DNA of 64,000 bases, taken from NCBI GenBank assembly GCA_030586555.1, contig JAURAC010000003.1, forward strand, positions 1-64,000, written 5' to 3'. A program made the translations under genes and the position numbers. Origin of the DNA: Candidatus Subterrananammoxibius californiae. Lineage in GTDB: Bacteria > Planctomycetota > Brocadiia > Brocadiales > Subterrananammoxibiaceae. Of the stretch, positions 49,901 through 58,016 are shown piece after piece (position 1 is the stretch's first letter; the number at the start of each line of letters is the position of its first letter). Below the pieces are notes generated by a model. It did not search any database. It worked only from the letters and a program-made list of their open reading frames with translations, and was not told the DNA's origin.

Positions 49901-50292
49901 ATTCATACCTGCCTGACGATTATATCCCTGACAGCAGGCAGAAAATGGAAATCTACAGGAAGTTGAATCGTTCAAGTACTGTTGATGAGCTAAATGAAGT
50001 CAAGGAGGAATTGAAGGACAGGTTCGGACCCCCTCCGCTGCCTGTCAAGCATCTGTTTGCCGAGAGTGAGCTACGGATTGCCGCACAGGCGTCAAAGATA
50101 CAGTCACTCGCACGGGTAAATGGGAAGATTATCCTTCGATTCTTAGATTTTAAAAAGGTAGAAAGGTATCTTAAACCTCTGAAAAATAGGGTACGCATAA
50201 TCAACGAAGATACACTCCATCTACATCTTCCACGAAAAAATATTTCACCAGAAGATACTGTAAATTTTCTTAAGAAAATACTAACACCATGA
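46963..50292 (+). CDS. mfd: Transcription-repair coupling factor
   Basis: RGGILDI, CGDVGYGKTE, DEEQRFGV, QLRGRVGR, TRCF domain. Confidence 0.97.
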   Translation: MFITSMKDILKLLQQSDSFKRLKEDLGKGTNCWASGLWGSSAAYLLSAIAEDSFISYILLITPTVDDAEESFQDINLFSTGKELLFPVREDIPSSTMGGMEDVGRLNVLQILATESLFRDSRLKTRDSRLIVAPIQALLQDVPSRENLLANSLVVRKGEEYTLEKVLEWVKAQDFTRVPFVEMPREFSLRGGILDIYPHSSSVPYRIEFFGDTIESLREFNVETQTSEREVEQCQFLGVVDSHTSQRNETLLDYLPEDTLIVLKEPQAIETKAGMIHELPLCSFSYETLKGKFHRHTSLNLSCLPIVEELNSYIFNVASIEHFKNVVNKESSSSITTIIKELSDVCGLNARTIVFCNNEAEKQRLHELLEDTAPHLEKRLELRIGRLSHGFQFRDISIALLPHHEIFKRYKQRREPKKPLPGRAIDSFLELEKGDYVVHAAHGIGKFLGIEILAQNIACPPSFGWGESAYPLGGLEEEGQKREYLIIEFDEGTKVYVPATRIELVQKYIGGTERIPRLSKVGGQAWVKRKQHVERAVTDLASELLHIQAIRNAMPGIAYPHDSDWQREFEAEFIYQETEDQLNVAEEIKKDMESPRPMDRLICGDVGYGKTELAIRAAFKAVMAGKQVAVLVPTTILAQQHYRTFSERMADYPIQINVLSRFKTHKEQKEILERAEKGQADIVIGTHRLVQKDVHFKDLGLVIIDEEQRFGVEHKERLKRLRSTVDVLTLTATPIPRTLHMSLLGIRDISTLNTPPQDRLSIYTQLMRFELESIRQAILHELNRDGQVYFVHNRIYNIERIAETLSKIVPEAKIAVAHGQMPVHMLERRMLEFVDRKFDILVSTTIIESGLDIPTVNTIFINCAETFGLADLHQLRGRVGRYKHRAYAYLLISSDRPITPEAEKRLKAIEEFAELGAGFKIAMRDLEIRGTGNILGTEQHGHIVAVGYEMYCRFLEMAVKRAKNEPVTVPIDVSIALNLNSYLPDDYIPDSRQKMEIYRKLNRSSTVDELNEVKEELKDRFGPPPLPVKHLFAESELRIAAQASKIQSLARVNGKIILRFLDFKKVERYLKPLKNRVRIINEDTLHLHLPRKNISPEDTVNFLKKILTP

Positions 50293-50407
50293 CAACTTAC
50301 AACGTATGTAGACAACGAGGTTCGGGTGCCCGCCTTGCGGGCGCGTTGATTCATTCAACTAACATAAAGTTCGTTGTCTACCATGAACATAAGTAAGGAG
50401 GGAGTTA

Positions 50408-51388
50408 ATGCTAAAATTTAGCAATGTAGTTTTGTTATGCGGTTTCATAGTGTTTTGCGTGGGTACAAGACCTGCAACTGCCGATAAAGCAGGCGCAATA
50501 GTTGCCGTTGTTAATGATGAGATAATAACAGAATACGATGTTGCAAAGCGGGCTGCAATTGCAGTTGTAGAGGCAGAAAAAAAATACAGTGGTGCTGAAT
50601 TAGACCAGATAAAACGTCAACTGGCCCAGGAAGTCATTAATGAACTAATTGACCGGAAGGTGCTTGTAATTGAAGCCGAACGTGTCTTTGGCGGCGATGA
50701 GTCTAAGAAAGAAGAGATTAATAAGGAGTTGGATTCTTTCCTTAAAGGAGCCGTCAGAGAGGTAGGTTCTATTAGCAAGTTCTACGAGATTGCAAACAGT
50801 CAAGGGATTAATCCTGCCGAAAAGAAGGTGGAATTACGGGAGGACTTAATGATTGACAAAATCATGCGTGAGCATGTTTATACAAAGGTGTCCGTACCAC
50901 CAAAGGATGTCAGAAAATATTATAATGAGCACATTAAGGAATACCAGGAAGAAAAGAGGGTGAAATTACGACACATACTAATAAAGTTTTCAGGGTATAA
51001 TACAAAGGAAGATGCAAAATGGATGGCAAAGCAACTGTTAGGCAGATTGAAGCAAGGTGAGGACTTTGCAACCCTGGCAGAAAATTATTCTCAGGAACCG
51101 AGCGCTTTAAGGGGTGGTTTGTGGGATTTCGATGAGGTTGATAGTTTACGCAAAGAACTAAGGGATGAGGCGTTTCGGATGAAGGATGGCGAGATAAGCC
51201 CCATTCTCGAATCGTCGGTTGGCTACCATATAATCAAGATTGAGGAAAGTAAGCCTACCATAGTACGCAGTTTTCAATCCGTTCAGGAGGAAATCTTCCA
51301 CAAACTCGAACAAGAGTATTCAAATAATCTAAAAAAAGCATACATAGAAAGACTGAAACAAAATGTTGTAATAAAGAGGTTTGATTAA
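50408..51388 (+). CDS. SurA/PrsA-like parvulin peptidyl-prolyl isomerase
   Basis: IVAVVNDEIIT, RHILI, FATLAENYS and GYHIIK. Confidence 0.9.
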   Translation: MLKFSNVVLLCGFIVFCVGTRPATADKAGAIVAVVNDEIITEYDVAKRAAIAVVEAEKKYSGAELDQIKRQLAQEVINELIDRKVLVIEAERVFGGDESKKEEINKELDSFLKGAVREVGSISKFYEIANSQGINPAEKKVELREDLMIDKIMREHVYTKVSVPPKDVRKYYNEHIKEYQEEKRVKLRHILIKFSGYNTKEDAKWMAKQLLGRLKQGEDFATLAENYSQEPSALRGGLWDFDEVDSLRKELRDEAFRMKDGEISPILESSVGYHIIKIEESKPTIVRSFQSVQEEIFHKLEQEYSNNLKKAYIERLKQNVVIKRFD

Positions 51389-51536
51389 AGCTTACAAGCT
51401 AACAGGCTTGCAAGCTTGCCAGCTTGTAGGAATTTTAGCTTGCTTGCTAATTATTGACTTCCAAATTACGCATAGTGTCCATAGAATTACCAAATAATAA
51501 GCCGTTTTCTGATATATTATCTGTTATAATGATTGA

Positions 51537-52062
<526 letters not shown>

Positions 52063-52201
52063 CTTAGTCGTTAGACGTCTAATTCTTGGGACACCGTTAC
52101 TTAATCATTGACTTTCAAATTACGCATGGTGTCTTCAGCACTCTATACAAATTCTTAAAATTTGTATTGATAATGGTATAACCATATGTAATACTTATAA
52201 T

Positions 52202-52450
52202 ATGAAAACAGCTATATCAGTGCCAGATGAATTGTTTAAAAAAATTGAAAAGATAGCAAAGGAGTATAATTACTCCCGAAGTGAACTGTTTACCATTGCC
52301 GCCAGAGAATTTATTGAAAAGATAAAATCAAGAAAATTGTTAGATGCCATTAATGAGGCATATTCAGATGTTGAAATAGAGGAGGAGACCTCATTAAGGC
52401 GAAAAAGTAAAAAATATTATGCTCATAAAATTTTAAAGGAGAGGTATTGA
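52202..52450 (+). CDS. Ribbon-helix-helix antitoxin (ChpI/CopG-like)
   Basis: MKTAISVPDELF...SRSELF. Confidence 0.88.
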   Translation: MKTAISVPDELFKKIEKIAKEYNYSRSELFTIAAREFIEKIKSRKLLDAINEAYSDVEIEEETSLRRKSKKYYAHKILKERY

Positions 52451-52800
52451 ATATTAAACAAGGGGATATTTGCTGGATTGATTTAGGTATTCCTAAGGGC
52501 TCAGAGCCAGGGTACAGGCATCCCCACGTTGTCGTACAAAATAATGTTTTTAATGAAAGCAGGATTAATACGGTAGTAGTTTGTGCAATAACATCTAATC
52601 TTAAAAGAGCAAAATCACCTGGTAATGTCCTCCTTAAGAAAGGCGAGGGTGGACTAAAAAATGATAGTGTAGTAAATATATCTCAGATTATAACTATTGA
52701 TAAATCCGATATTGAAGAAAAGATTGGTTCCCTGCCAGTATCAAAGGTCAAGCAGATAATAGAAGGCGTAAAGTTATTAATAGAACCAAGAGAAATTTAA
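52447..52800 (+). CDS. mazF: MazF/PemK-family toxin
   Basis: GSEPGYRHPHVVVQ, AITSN and SVVNISQI. Confidence 0.92.
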   Translation: MNIKQGDICWIDLGIPKGSEPGYRHPHVVVQNNVFNESRINTVVVCAITSNLKRAKSPGNVLLKKGEGGLKNDSVVNISQIITIDKSDIEEKIGSLPVSKVKQIIEGVKLLIEPREI

Positions 52801-52844
52801 GCTTCCGATAAATGTTTTTTTACGAAATCCTGGGACACCATGCT

Positions 52845-53020
52845 TAATTATTAACTTCCAAATTACGTACGGTGTTCACGGAATTACAGAATTACCAAAT
52901 AATAAGCCGATTGACTGACATATTATCTGATATAATTATTGAGGGAAGGCAGAAATGGAATTGGATAAGGATTATAAGTGCGCGTCTTACGACCCGCAGT
53001 AAAAGGAGATGATATGATAA
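52845..53020 (+). pseudogene. Internally deleted duplicate of the brnT promoter and gene
   Basis: Matches about 51447-51556 fused to about 51760-51812. Confidence 0.8.
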
Positions 53021-53099
53021 AAATAGTTGGTGATCGTTCCAGATAAATGTTAGAAAAAGCATTTATCTGGAGTAGATAGGTTATAGGCTGTATTTTAAT

Positions 53100-53265
53100 T
53101 TAGGGCAAAGACCCTGTAAAGGAGATTGGTCAAATCTGCCTATAACCGAAGCGTCACCATATGGCTTGACCCTGAATAGGAGGATGGTGGTCACCGACAA
53201 GCAGTCTACTCCAAAAACAATTAACAAGGTATCCTTAGCCGAAGGCGACGGAATACCAAGGAGGA
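53100..53265 (+). ncRNA. Candidate IS110 bridge RNA
   Basis: Non-coding left end with hairpins and 9-10-nt matches to both junctions; strand inferred from the predicted junction promoter. Confidence 0.55.
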
Positions 53266-53273
53266 GAAAAGCA

Positions 53274-54305
53274 ATGGAAAGGTTTATTGGGGTAGATTTA
53301 CACAAGAATATGTTCGTAGCCTGTTTTTTAGACACAGCAAAGGATGAGAAGATTTTCAAGAGTTACAATCTGAGGAAACTGAGTGAGTTTCAGAGGGATT
53401 TAAGACGAGACGATGTTTTAGCGGTAGAAACGACAACAAACACTCGTTATTTTGTAGAAAAGATAAGGGGGTGTGTAAAAGAGGTAAAGGTCATCAATAC
53501 CCCGCAGTTCAAGGTAATAAGCAAGTCAATGAAAAAGACGGATGAGAAAGATGCCTATGTGATAGCGTCATTTTTGAGCAAGGGAATGGTGCCAGAGATA
53601 AGGATGAAAGAGAAGAAAACAGCAGAGCTTGAGAGTTTGGCTCATACCAGGGATAAATTGGTTAAGTTAAAGATGGCGCTAAAGAACAAGATTCACAACA
53701 TTCTAAGTTCACAGGGAATCATAACCGAGAGGGAATTTTTATCCAGTGAAAAAGGCTTAGAAAAGGCATTATCTTACAAGGTTAGTAGCGTGGCTAAAAT
53801 CGAGCTTGAGGTTATAGTTGAACAGATAAGAAGTTTAAATGTTGGGATAGCGAAGATAGATAAGGAACTGGTAGAGAAGGGGAAAGAACTTGATGGACAT
53901 GAGAATATCACGAGCATAAAAGGTGTAGGAGAAAAAAGCGGGACAATATTACTAAGCGTAATAGGTAATATAAACGACTTTGAGGACGAGAAGAAACTTG
54001 CTGCATATTTTGGAATGGTTCCCCGGGTAAACAACTCAAACGAAACAATAAGACACGGCAGGATAACAAAACAGGGCAATAAATTAGGAAGGACAACATT
54101 GGTGCAGTGTACCCTTGTTGCGATAAAGTATTCAGAGTATCTGAGGTCATTTTATTTGAAGATAAAAGGCAAGAAGGGGTCCAGAAAGGCAATCATAGCA
54201 ACTGCAAAGAAGTTATCAGGGGTAATATACCACACGTTAAAGAACAAATGGGTATTTGAAGACTTTTCTAACTTTGTCACTAAAGCTGCTGAAACCTGTT
54301 CCTGA
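53274..54305 (+). CDS. IS110-family DEDD recombinase/transposase
   Basis: FIGVDLHK, VETT, KTDEKDA, GMVPRVNNSN..RHGRITKQG and AIIATAKKL. Confidence 0.95.
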   Translation: MERFIGVDLHKNMFVACFLDTAKDEKIFKSYNLRKLSEFQRDLRRDDVLAVETTTNTRYFVEKIRGCVKEVKVINTPQFKVISKSMKKTDEKDAYVIASFLSKGMVPEIRMKEKKTAELESLAHTRDKLVKLKMALKNKIHNILSSQGIITEREFLSSEKGLEKALSYKVSSVAKIELEVIVEQIRSLNVGIAKIDKELVEKGKELDGHENITSIKGVGEKSGTILLSVIGNINDFEDEKKLAAYFGMVPRVNNSNETIRHGRITKQGNKLGRTTLVQCTLVAIKYSEYLRSFYLKIKGKKGSRKAIIATAKKLSGVIYHTLKNKWVFEDFSNFVTKAAETCS

Positions 54306-54359
54306 CAGGTCAGGAATTAAATTATGGAGTAGATTTTTATCATAGGAGGAGAGGTAAAA

Positions 54360-54587
54360 ATGGTATGTGATATTTGCGGACAGAAGGACGCATATATTCG
54401 TAAAGTTACCGAAACCTATGGCAAAGGCAGAGATTTGTTGGTAATAGAGAATGTTCCTATGGTTAAATGCCCCCGTTGTGGGGAGAGTTACTTTACAGCC
54501 GAAACACTTCACGAGATTGAACGTATCAAACTACATCGTAAGAACTTCGCTGTTGAACGTCCTGTAAAAGTTGCCGGCTTTGCGTAG
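54360..54587 (+). CDS. YgiT-type zinc finger / MqsA-like antitoxin (orphan)
   Basis: CDICG...IENVP..KCPRCGESYF. Confidence 0.88.
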   Translation: MVCDICGQKDAYIRKVTETYGKGRDLLVIENVPMVKCPRCGESYFTAETLHEIERIKLHRKNFAVERPVKVAGFA

Positions 54588-54637
54588 CGGAAGGAAGTTC
54601 GCTCTTTTTTCCAAATAAGGTAATCAGGTAAAGGCTT

Positions 54638-55420
54638 ATGAAAAAGATAAAGATTGGCGTTGTGCCTTATATGAATGCCAAGCCATTAATTTACGGGTTG
54701 GAAAATAATAAGGTAGTTGAACTCCATTTTGATGTCCCAGCCTTACTCACGGAAATGCTTAGTCGTGAAATGGTAGACGTTGCCCTTGTGCCATCCGTGG
54801 AATATTTCAGAGATGGAAACCTCCGCATTATTCCAAACATTGCAATCGCTTCAAAAGGGGAGGTTAAAAGCGTAAAACTGCTTGTAAGAAATCATCCCAT
54901 AAAGAAAGTTGCCTTAGATATAGCATCTAACACCTCTTGTATCCTCTCAAGAATTGTCATAAGTGAAAGTTATCGCCTTGCGCCTGCACTTATCCCATGG
55001 AACCCATCGAAGGAAAGGTTAGATTCACAAGCAGATGCTTTTCTTGTAATTGGCGATAATGCATTAAAAACAAACAGCAAAAGTCTTTTTACAATAGACC
55101 TTGGAAAGGAATGGCAGGAGTTGACCCACCAGCCATTTGTCTATGCCTTCTGGGCAACTAAAAGGAAGACTAAAATCACGGGCATTAGAGACATATTACA
55201 AGAAGCAAAAGCAAAAGGACTCGGTAAACTTGAAGAACTATCCGCTGTGGAGGCAAAACGGCTCGGTTTAACCTTTGACGAATGCTTCAATTATTTAAGT
55301 AAAAATATTTGTTATGCCCTGGGCGAGGAAGAAATTGCTGGTCTAAAGACCTTTTATGGATATGCAACAAAGATTGGCTTGGTAAAAGAGGGGATTGATA
55401 TTGAATTCTATAATGCTTGA
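54638..55420 (+). CDS. mqnA: Chorismate dehydratase (futalosine pathway)
   Basis: YMNAKPL, SVKL, SNTS, IGDNAL, DLGKEW and PFVYAFW. Confidence 0.93.
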   Translation: MKKIKIGVVPYMNAKPLIYGLENNKVVELHFDVPALLTEMLSREMVDVALVPSVEYFRDGNLRIIPNIAIASKGEVKSVKLLVRNHPIKKVALDIASNTSCILSRIVISESYRLAPALIPWNPSKERLDSQADAFLVIGDNALKTNSKSLFTIDLGKEWQELTHQPFVYAFWATKRKTKITGIRDILQEAKAKGLGKLEELSAVEAKRLGLTFDECFNYLSKNICYALGEEEIAGLKTFYGYATKIGLVKEGIDIEFYNA

Positions 55421-56525
55421 CATTATTGATAAAGCCTCATCGGGCGAAAGATTGACCTATTCGGAAGGCGTAGAGCTAATGGGTTCATACGACCTGATGG
55501 CACTGGGTCTGGCGGCAGACATGGTGTGTCAGAGACTGCATCCCAAAAATTATCGCACCTACGCCATTGACCGCAATATTAATTATACAAATATTTGCCT
55601 CGCCAGGTGCATGTTCTGCGCCTTCTACAGAGATGAGGATAGCCCGGATGCGTACGTGATTTCTGAAAGTGAACTATTTCACAAAATAGAAGAAACGTTA
55701 CAACTCGGCGGGACCCATATCCTCATGCAGGGCGGTTTGGCTCCGGGCTTACGATTCGACTATTACCTGCACCTTTTGCGCTCAATAAAGGAGTGCTTCA
55801 AGATTCATATACATGCATTCTCACCCCCTGAGATTATACATTTCACCACCTTAAGCAGGCTTTCGGTACACGATGTAATTCTAACGCTCAAGGACGCTGG
55901 TCTCGATTCAATCCCTGGTGGAGGGGCAGAAATATTGGTTGATGAATGCCGTCAAGCGCTAAGTCCTCGAAAATGCTCTGTAAATGAGTGGCTTGAAGTA
56001 ATGAGGGAGGCTCATCGCCTCGGCATAAAGACTACGGCAACAATGATGTTTGGTCATATCGAGAGACCGGAGGATAGAATTACACATCTTGAACGAATAA
56101 GAACCCTTCAGGACGAAACAGGCGGTTTTACAGCCTTTATACCCTGGACTTTTCAGCCAAAAAACACTCAACTATCTTCCCCCTCACCCTCCCCTCTCCC
56201 CCAAGGGGAGAGGGATGGGGTGAGGGGGGAACTTGGGGGATTTGAGTACCTTAAGATGTTAGCCATTTCAAGACTATACCTTGATAATATCCCGAACATA
56301 CAAGCCTCCTGGGTAACACAGGGTGCAAAGATAGCCCAGCTTGCATTAAGGTTTGGGGCAAACGATATGGGCAGCACGATGATTGAGGAAAATGTGGTAA
56401 GGGCAGCAGGCATAACCTATCGTATGAAAAAAGAAGAGATGATTCGCCTTATAGAAGACCTGGGCTTCGAGGCTAAGCAAAGGGATTGTTTATATCGGGT
56501 AGACAACGATGTTCATCATCGTTGA
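55413..56525 (+). CDS. mqnC: Cyclic dehypoxanthinyl futalosine synthase
   Basis: DRNINYTNIC..RC.FCAF, PGGGAEIL, FIPWTFQ and QASWVTQG. Confidence 0.93.
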   Translation: MLDIIDKASSGERLTYSEGVELMGSYDLMALGLAADMVCQRLHPKNYRTYAIDRNINYTNICLARCMFCAFYRDEDSPDAYVISESELFHKIEETLQLGGTHILMQGGLAPGLRFDYYLHLLRSIKECFKIHIHAFSPPEIIHFTTLSRLSVHDVILTLKDAGLDSIPGGGAEILVDECRQALSPRKCSVNEWLEVMREAHRLGIKTTATMMFGHIERPEDRITHLERIRTLQDETGGFTAFIPWTFQPKNTQLSSPSPSPLPQGERDGVRGELGGFEYLKMLAISRLYLDNIPNIQASWVTQGAKIAQLALRFGANDMGSTMIEENVVRAAGITYRMKKEEMIRLIEDLGFEAKQRDCLYRVDNDVHHR

Positions 56526-56619
56526 AATCAACGGACATAAAGCTGCAAGCCCGCCATTTGGGGGTGGGTCCGTTGTCTACCATTAGAATGGGAGCAATCG
56601 TAAATCCATGTAGACAACG

Positions 56620-57894
56620 ATGAAGATCAAACGTAATTTACTAACTACAGGGCTTCTTCTCATTCCATTAATGTTGTGCGTAGAAGGCGCCTCTTGCCCT
56701 TCTGAGGAAAGAAGCACCCCTTGTCATCCTGACACTGTGTCAGGTAATTTTTCTTTTTATGAGAAAGATGGGAAAGCCGCAAGATATGACATAAGCGTGC
56801 ACAGATGGATTGTGAAAAGGACAGTACAATTCTTGTTAGATAAAGGAATCGGAGATGAGGCGTTTCGCAACGAAATTAGTATATATGAAGATGAATTAGT
56901 TAGAGGGGCAGAGGATGAAGATGATATTGGAGTAGACGTTTTTTTCAGGTTCCTCAGACACTTTTATAGACCTGCAGATGACAGGGGTTACTACGCTGGA
57001 GGAACATTTCAGGAAAACGCCTTCGACTGGGGTTGGAATAATTCTGTAAACAGTTACGATTACACAGATGCTATAAACAAATACAAAAGTGGCTCACCAG
57101 CCGACAAACTGGATGCGTATTATGCACTGGGTCATGTGCTTCATTTAATTGCTGATGTCTCGCTCCCTGAGCACACACATCTGGAGTATCATGGACCGGG
57201 TGACCGCGGTGGATATGAAACGTATGTAACAATAATGATTAGAAGCGACGAAAATGCGCCCTTACCTTCGGATATAGAAACAATACTATACAATACTAAT
57301 GATGATTTAAAACATCTTCCACCGAAATATCGTGGAAAAGACGAATCCAGTGGTATTGTAAAGTATAACACGTTGAAAAAGTATATAAAGAATCTTGCAA
57401 AGATAAGTTATTATCTAAACAGATACAAAGCTGACCTGAGTGATACCAGTAAAAGCGGCCCCTCTGTAGGTCCATTAGGCAAGGTATTTCCGGATATAAC
57501 ATACGGCTTTTGTCCCGGGAACCACCCGAGCTGGTATATCACCGATGTCGGATGCCTTGGTACTTTTGATGGGGGTGGAACCGAATGGTGGAATACAAGA
57601 GAAGAACCAGAGAATGATAGCGAGTCCGAAGGCTTTTATTATTTAGAAAAGACTGGACAGGCTGTGCCTGAAAAATATAAGACCTACTGGAATCCAGATA
57701 ATCCGAAAAAAGATAGATACGGTGTTAATACCGAAAAGTTGCCCCTCGAACATTTATACGCAAGAGACCTGATTCCACTTGCAATAAGATATACCGCTGG
57801 CGTAATAGAGCTATTCTGGCGTCAGACTCACATCTCATCTCTCGGTACTCCTAATAGTATAACAACTATTGGCGGAGCAGGGAATTCTGGTTAA
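56620..57894 (+). CDS. Secreted Zn-dependent phospholipase C / S1-P1 nuclease-fold protein (putative)
   Basis: Signal peptide; VHRWI, DED, RHFY, LGHVLHLIADVSLPEH and YE pattern. Confidence 0.6.
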   Translation: MKIKRNLLTTGLLLIPLMLCVEGASCPSEERSTPCHPDTVSGNFSFYEKDGKAARYDISVHRWIVKRTVQFLLDKGIGDEAFRNEISIYEDELVRGAEDEDDIGVDVFFRFLRHFYRPADDRGYYAGGTFQENAFDWGWNNSVNSYDYTDAINKYKSGSPADKLDAYYALGHVLHLIADVSLPEHTHLEYHGPGDRGGYETYVTIMIRSDENAPLPSDIETILYNTNDDLKHLPPKYRGKDESSGIVKYNTLKKYIKNLAKISYYLNRYKADLSDTSKSGPSVGPLGKVFPDITYGFCPGNHPSWYITDVGCLGTFDGGGTEWWNTREEPENDSESEGFYYLEKTGQAVPEKYKTYWNPDNPKKDRYGVNTEKLPLEHLYARDLIPLAIRYTAGVIELFWRQTHISSLGTPNSITTIGGAGNSG

Positions 57895-57942
57895 ACAATA
57901 ACCTTTGTGATGGGAAGATGGTAAGTAATTCTCTCGTGGGGA

Positions 57943-57972
57943 AAAAAAGGGCGTATTATAAAAATACGCCCC
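57943..57972. terminator. Hairpin between convergent genes, likely terminator
   Basis: A-tract then gggcgtatt-ataa-aatacgccc. Confidence 0.55.
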
Positions 57973-58016
57973 TGGAAAATGCTTGCCTTTTCTGAGCTAC
58001 TGCTTAAGAATTCGGA

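Larger units (their letters stand above)
53083..54346 (+). mobile_element. IS110-family element bounded by ATAGG core repeats
   Basis: ATAGG at 53083-53087 and 54342-54346; ~190-bp non-coding left end plus DEDD recombinase; boundaries inferred. Confidence 0.75.

Noticed and set aside
53166..53273. N-terminal extension of the IS110 ORF
   Set aside because: A strong RBS precedes ATG 53274 and the catalytic domain starts there; the upstream part is better read as the non-coding end.
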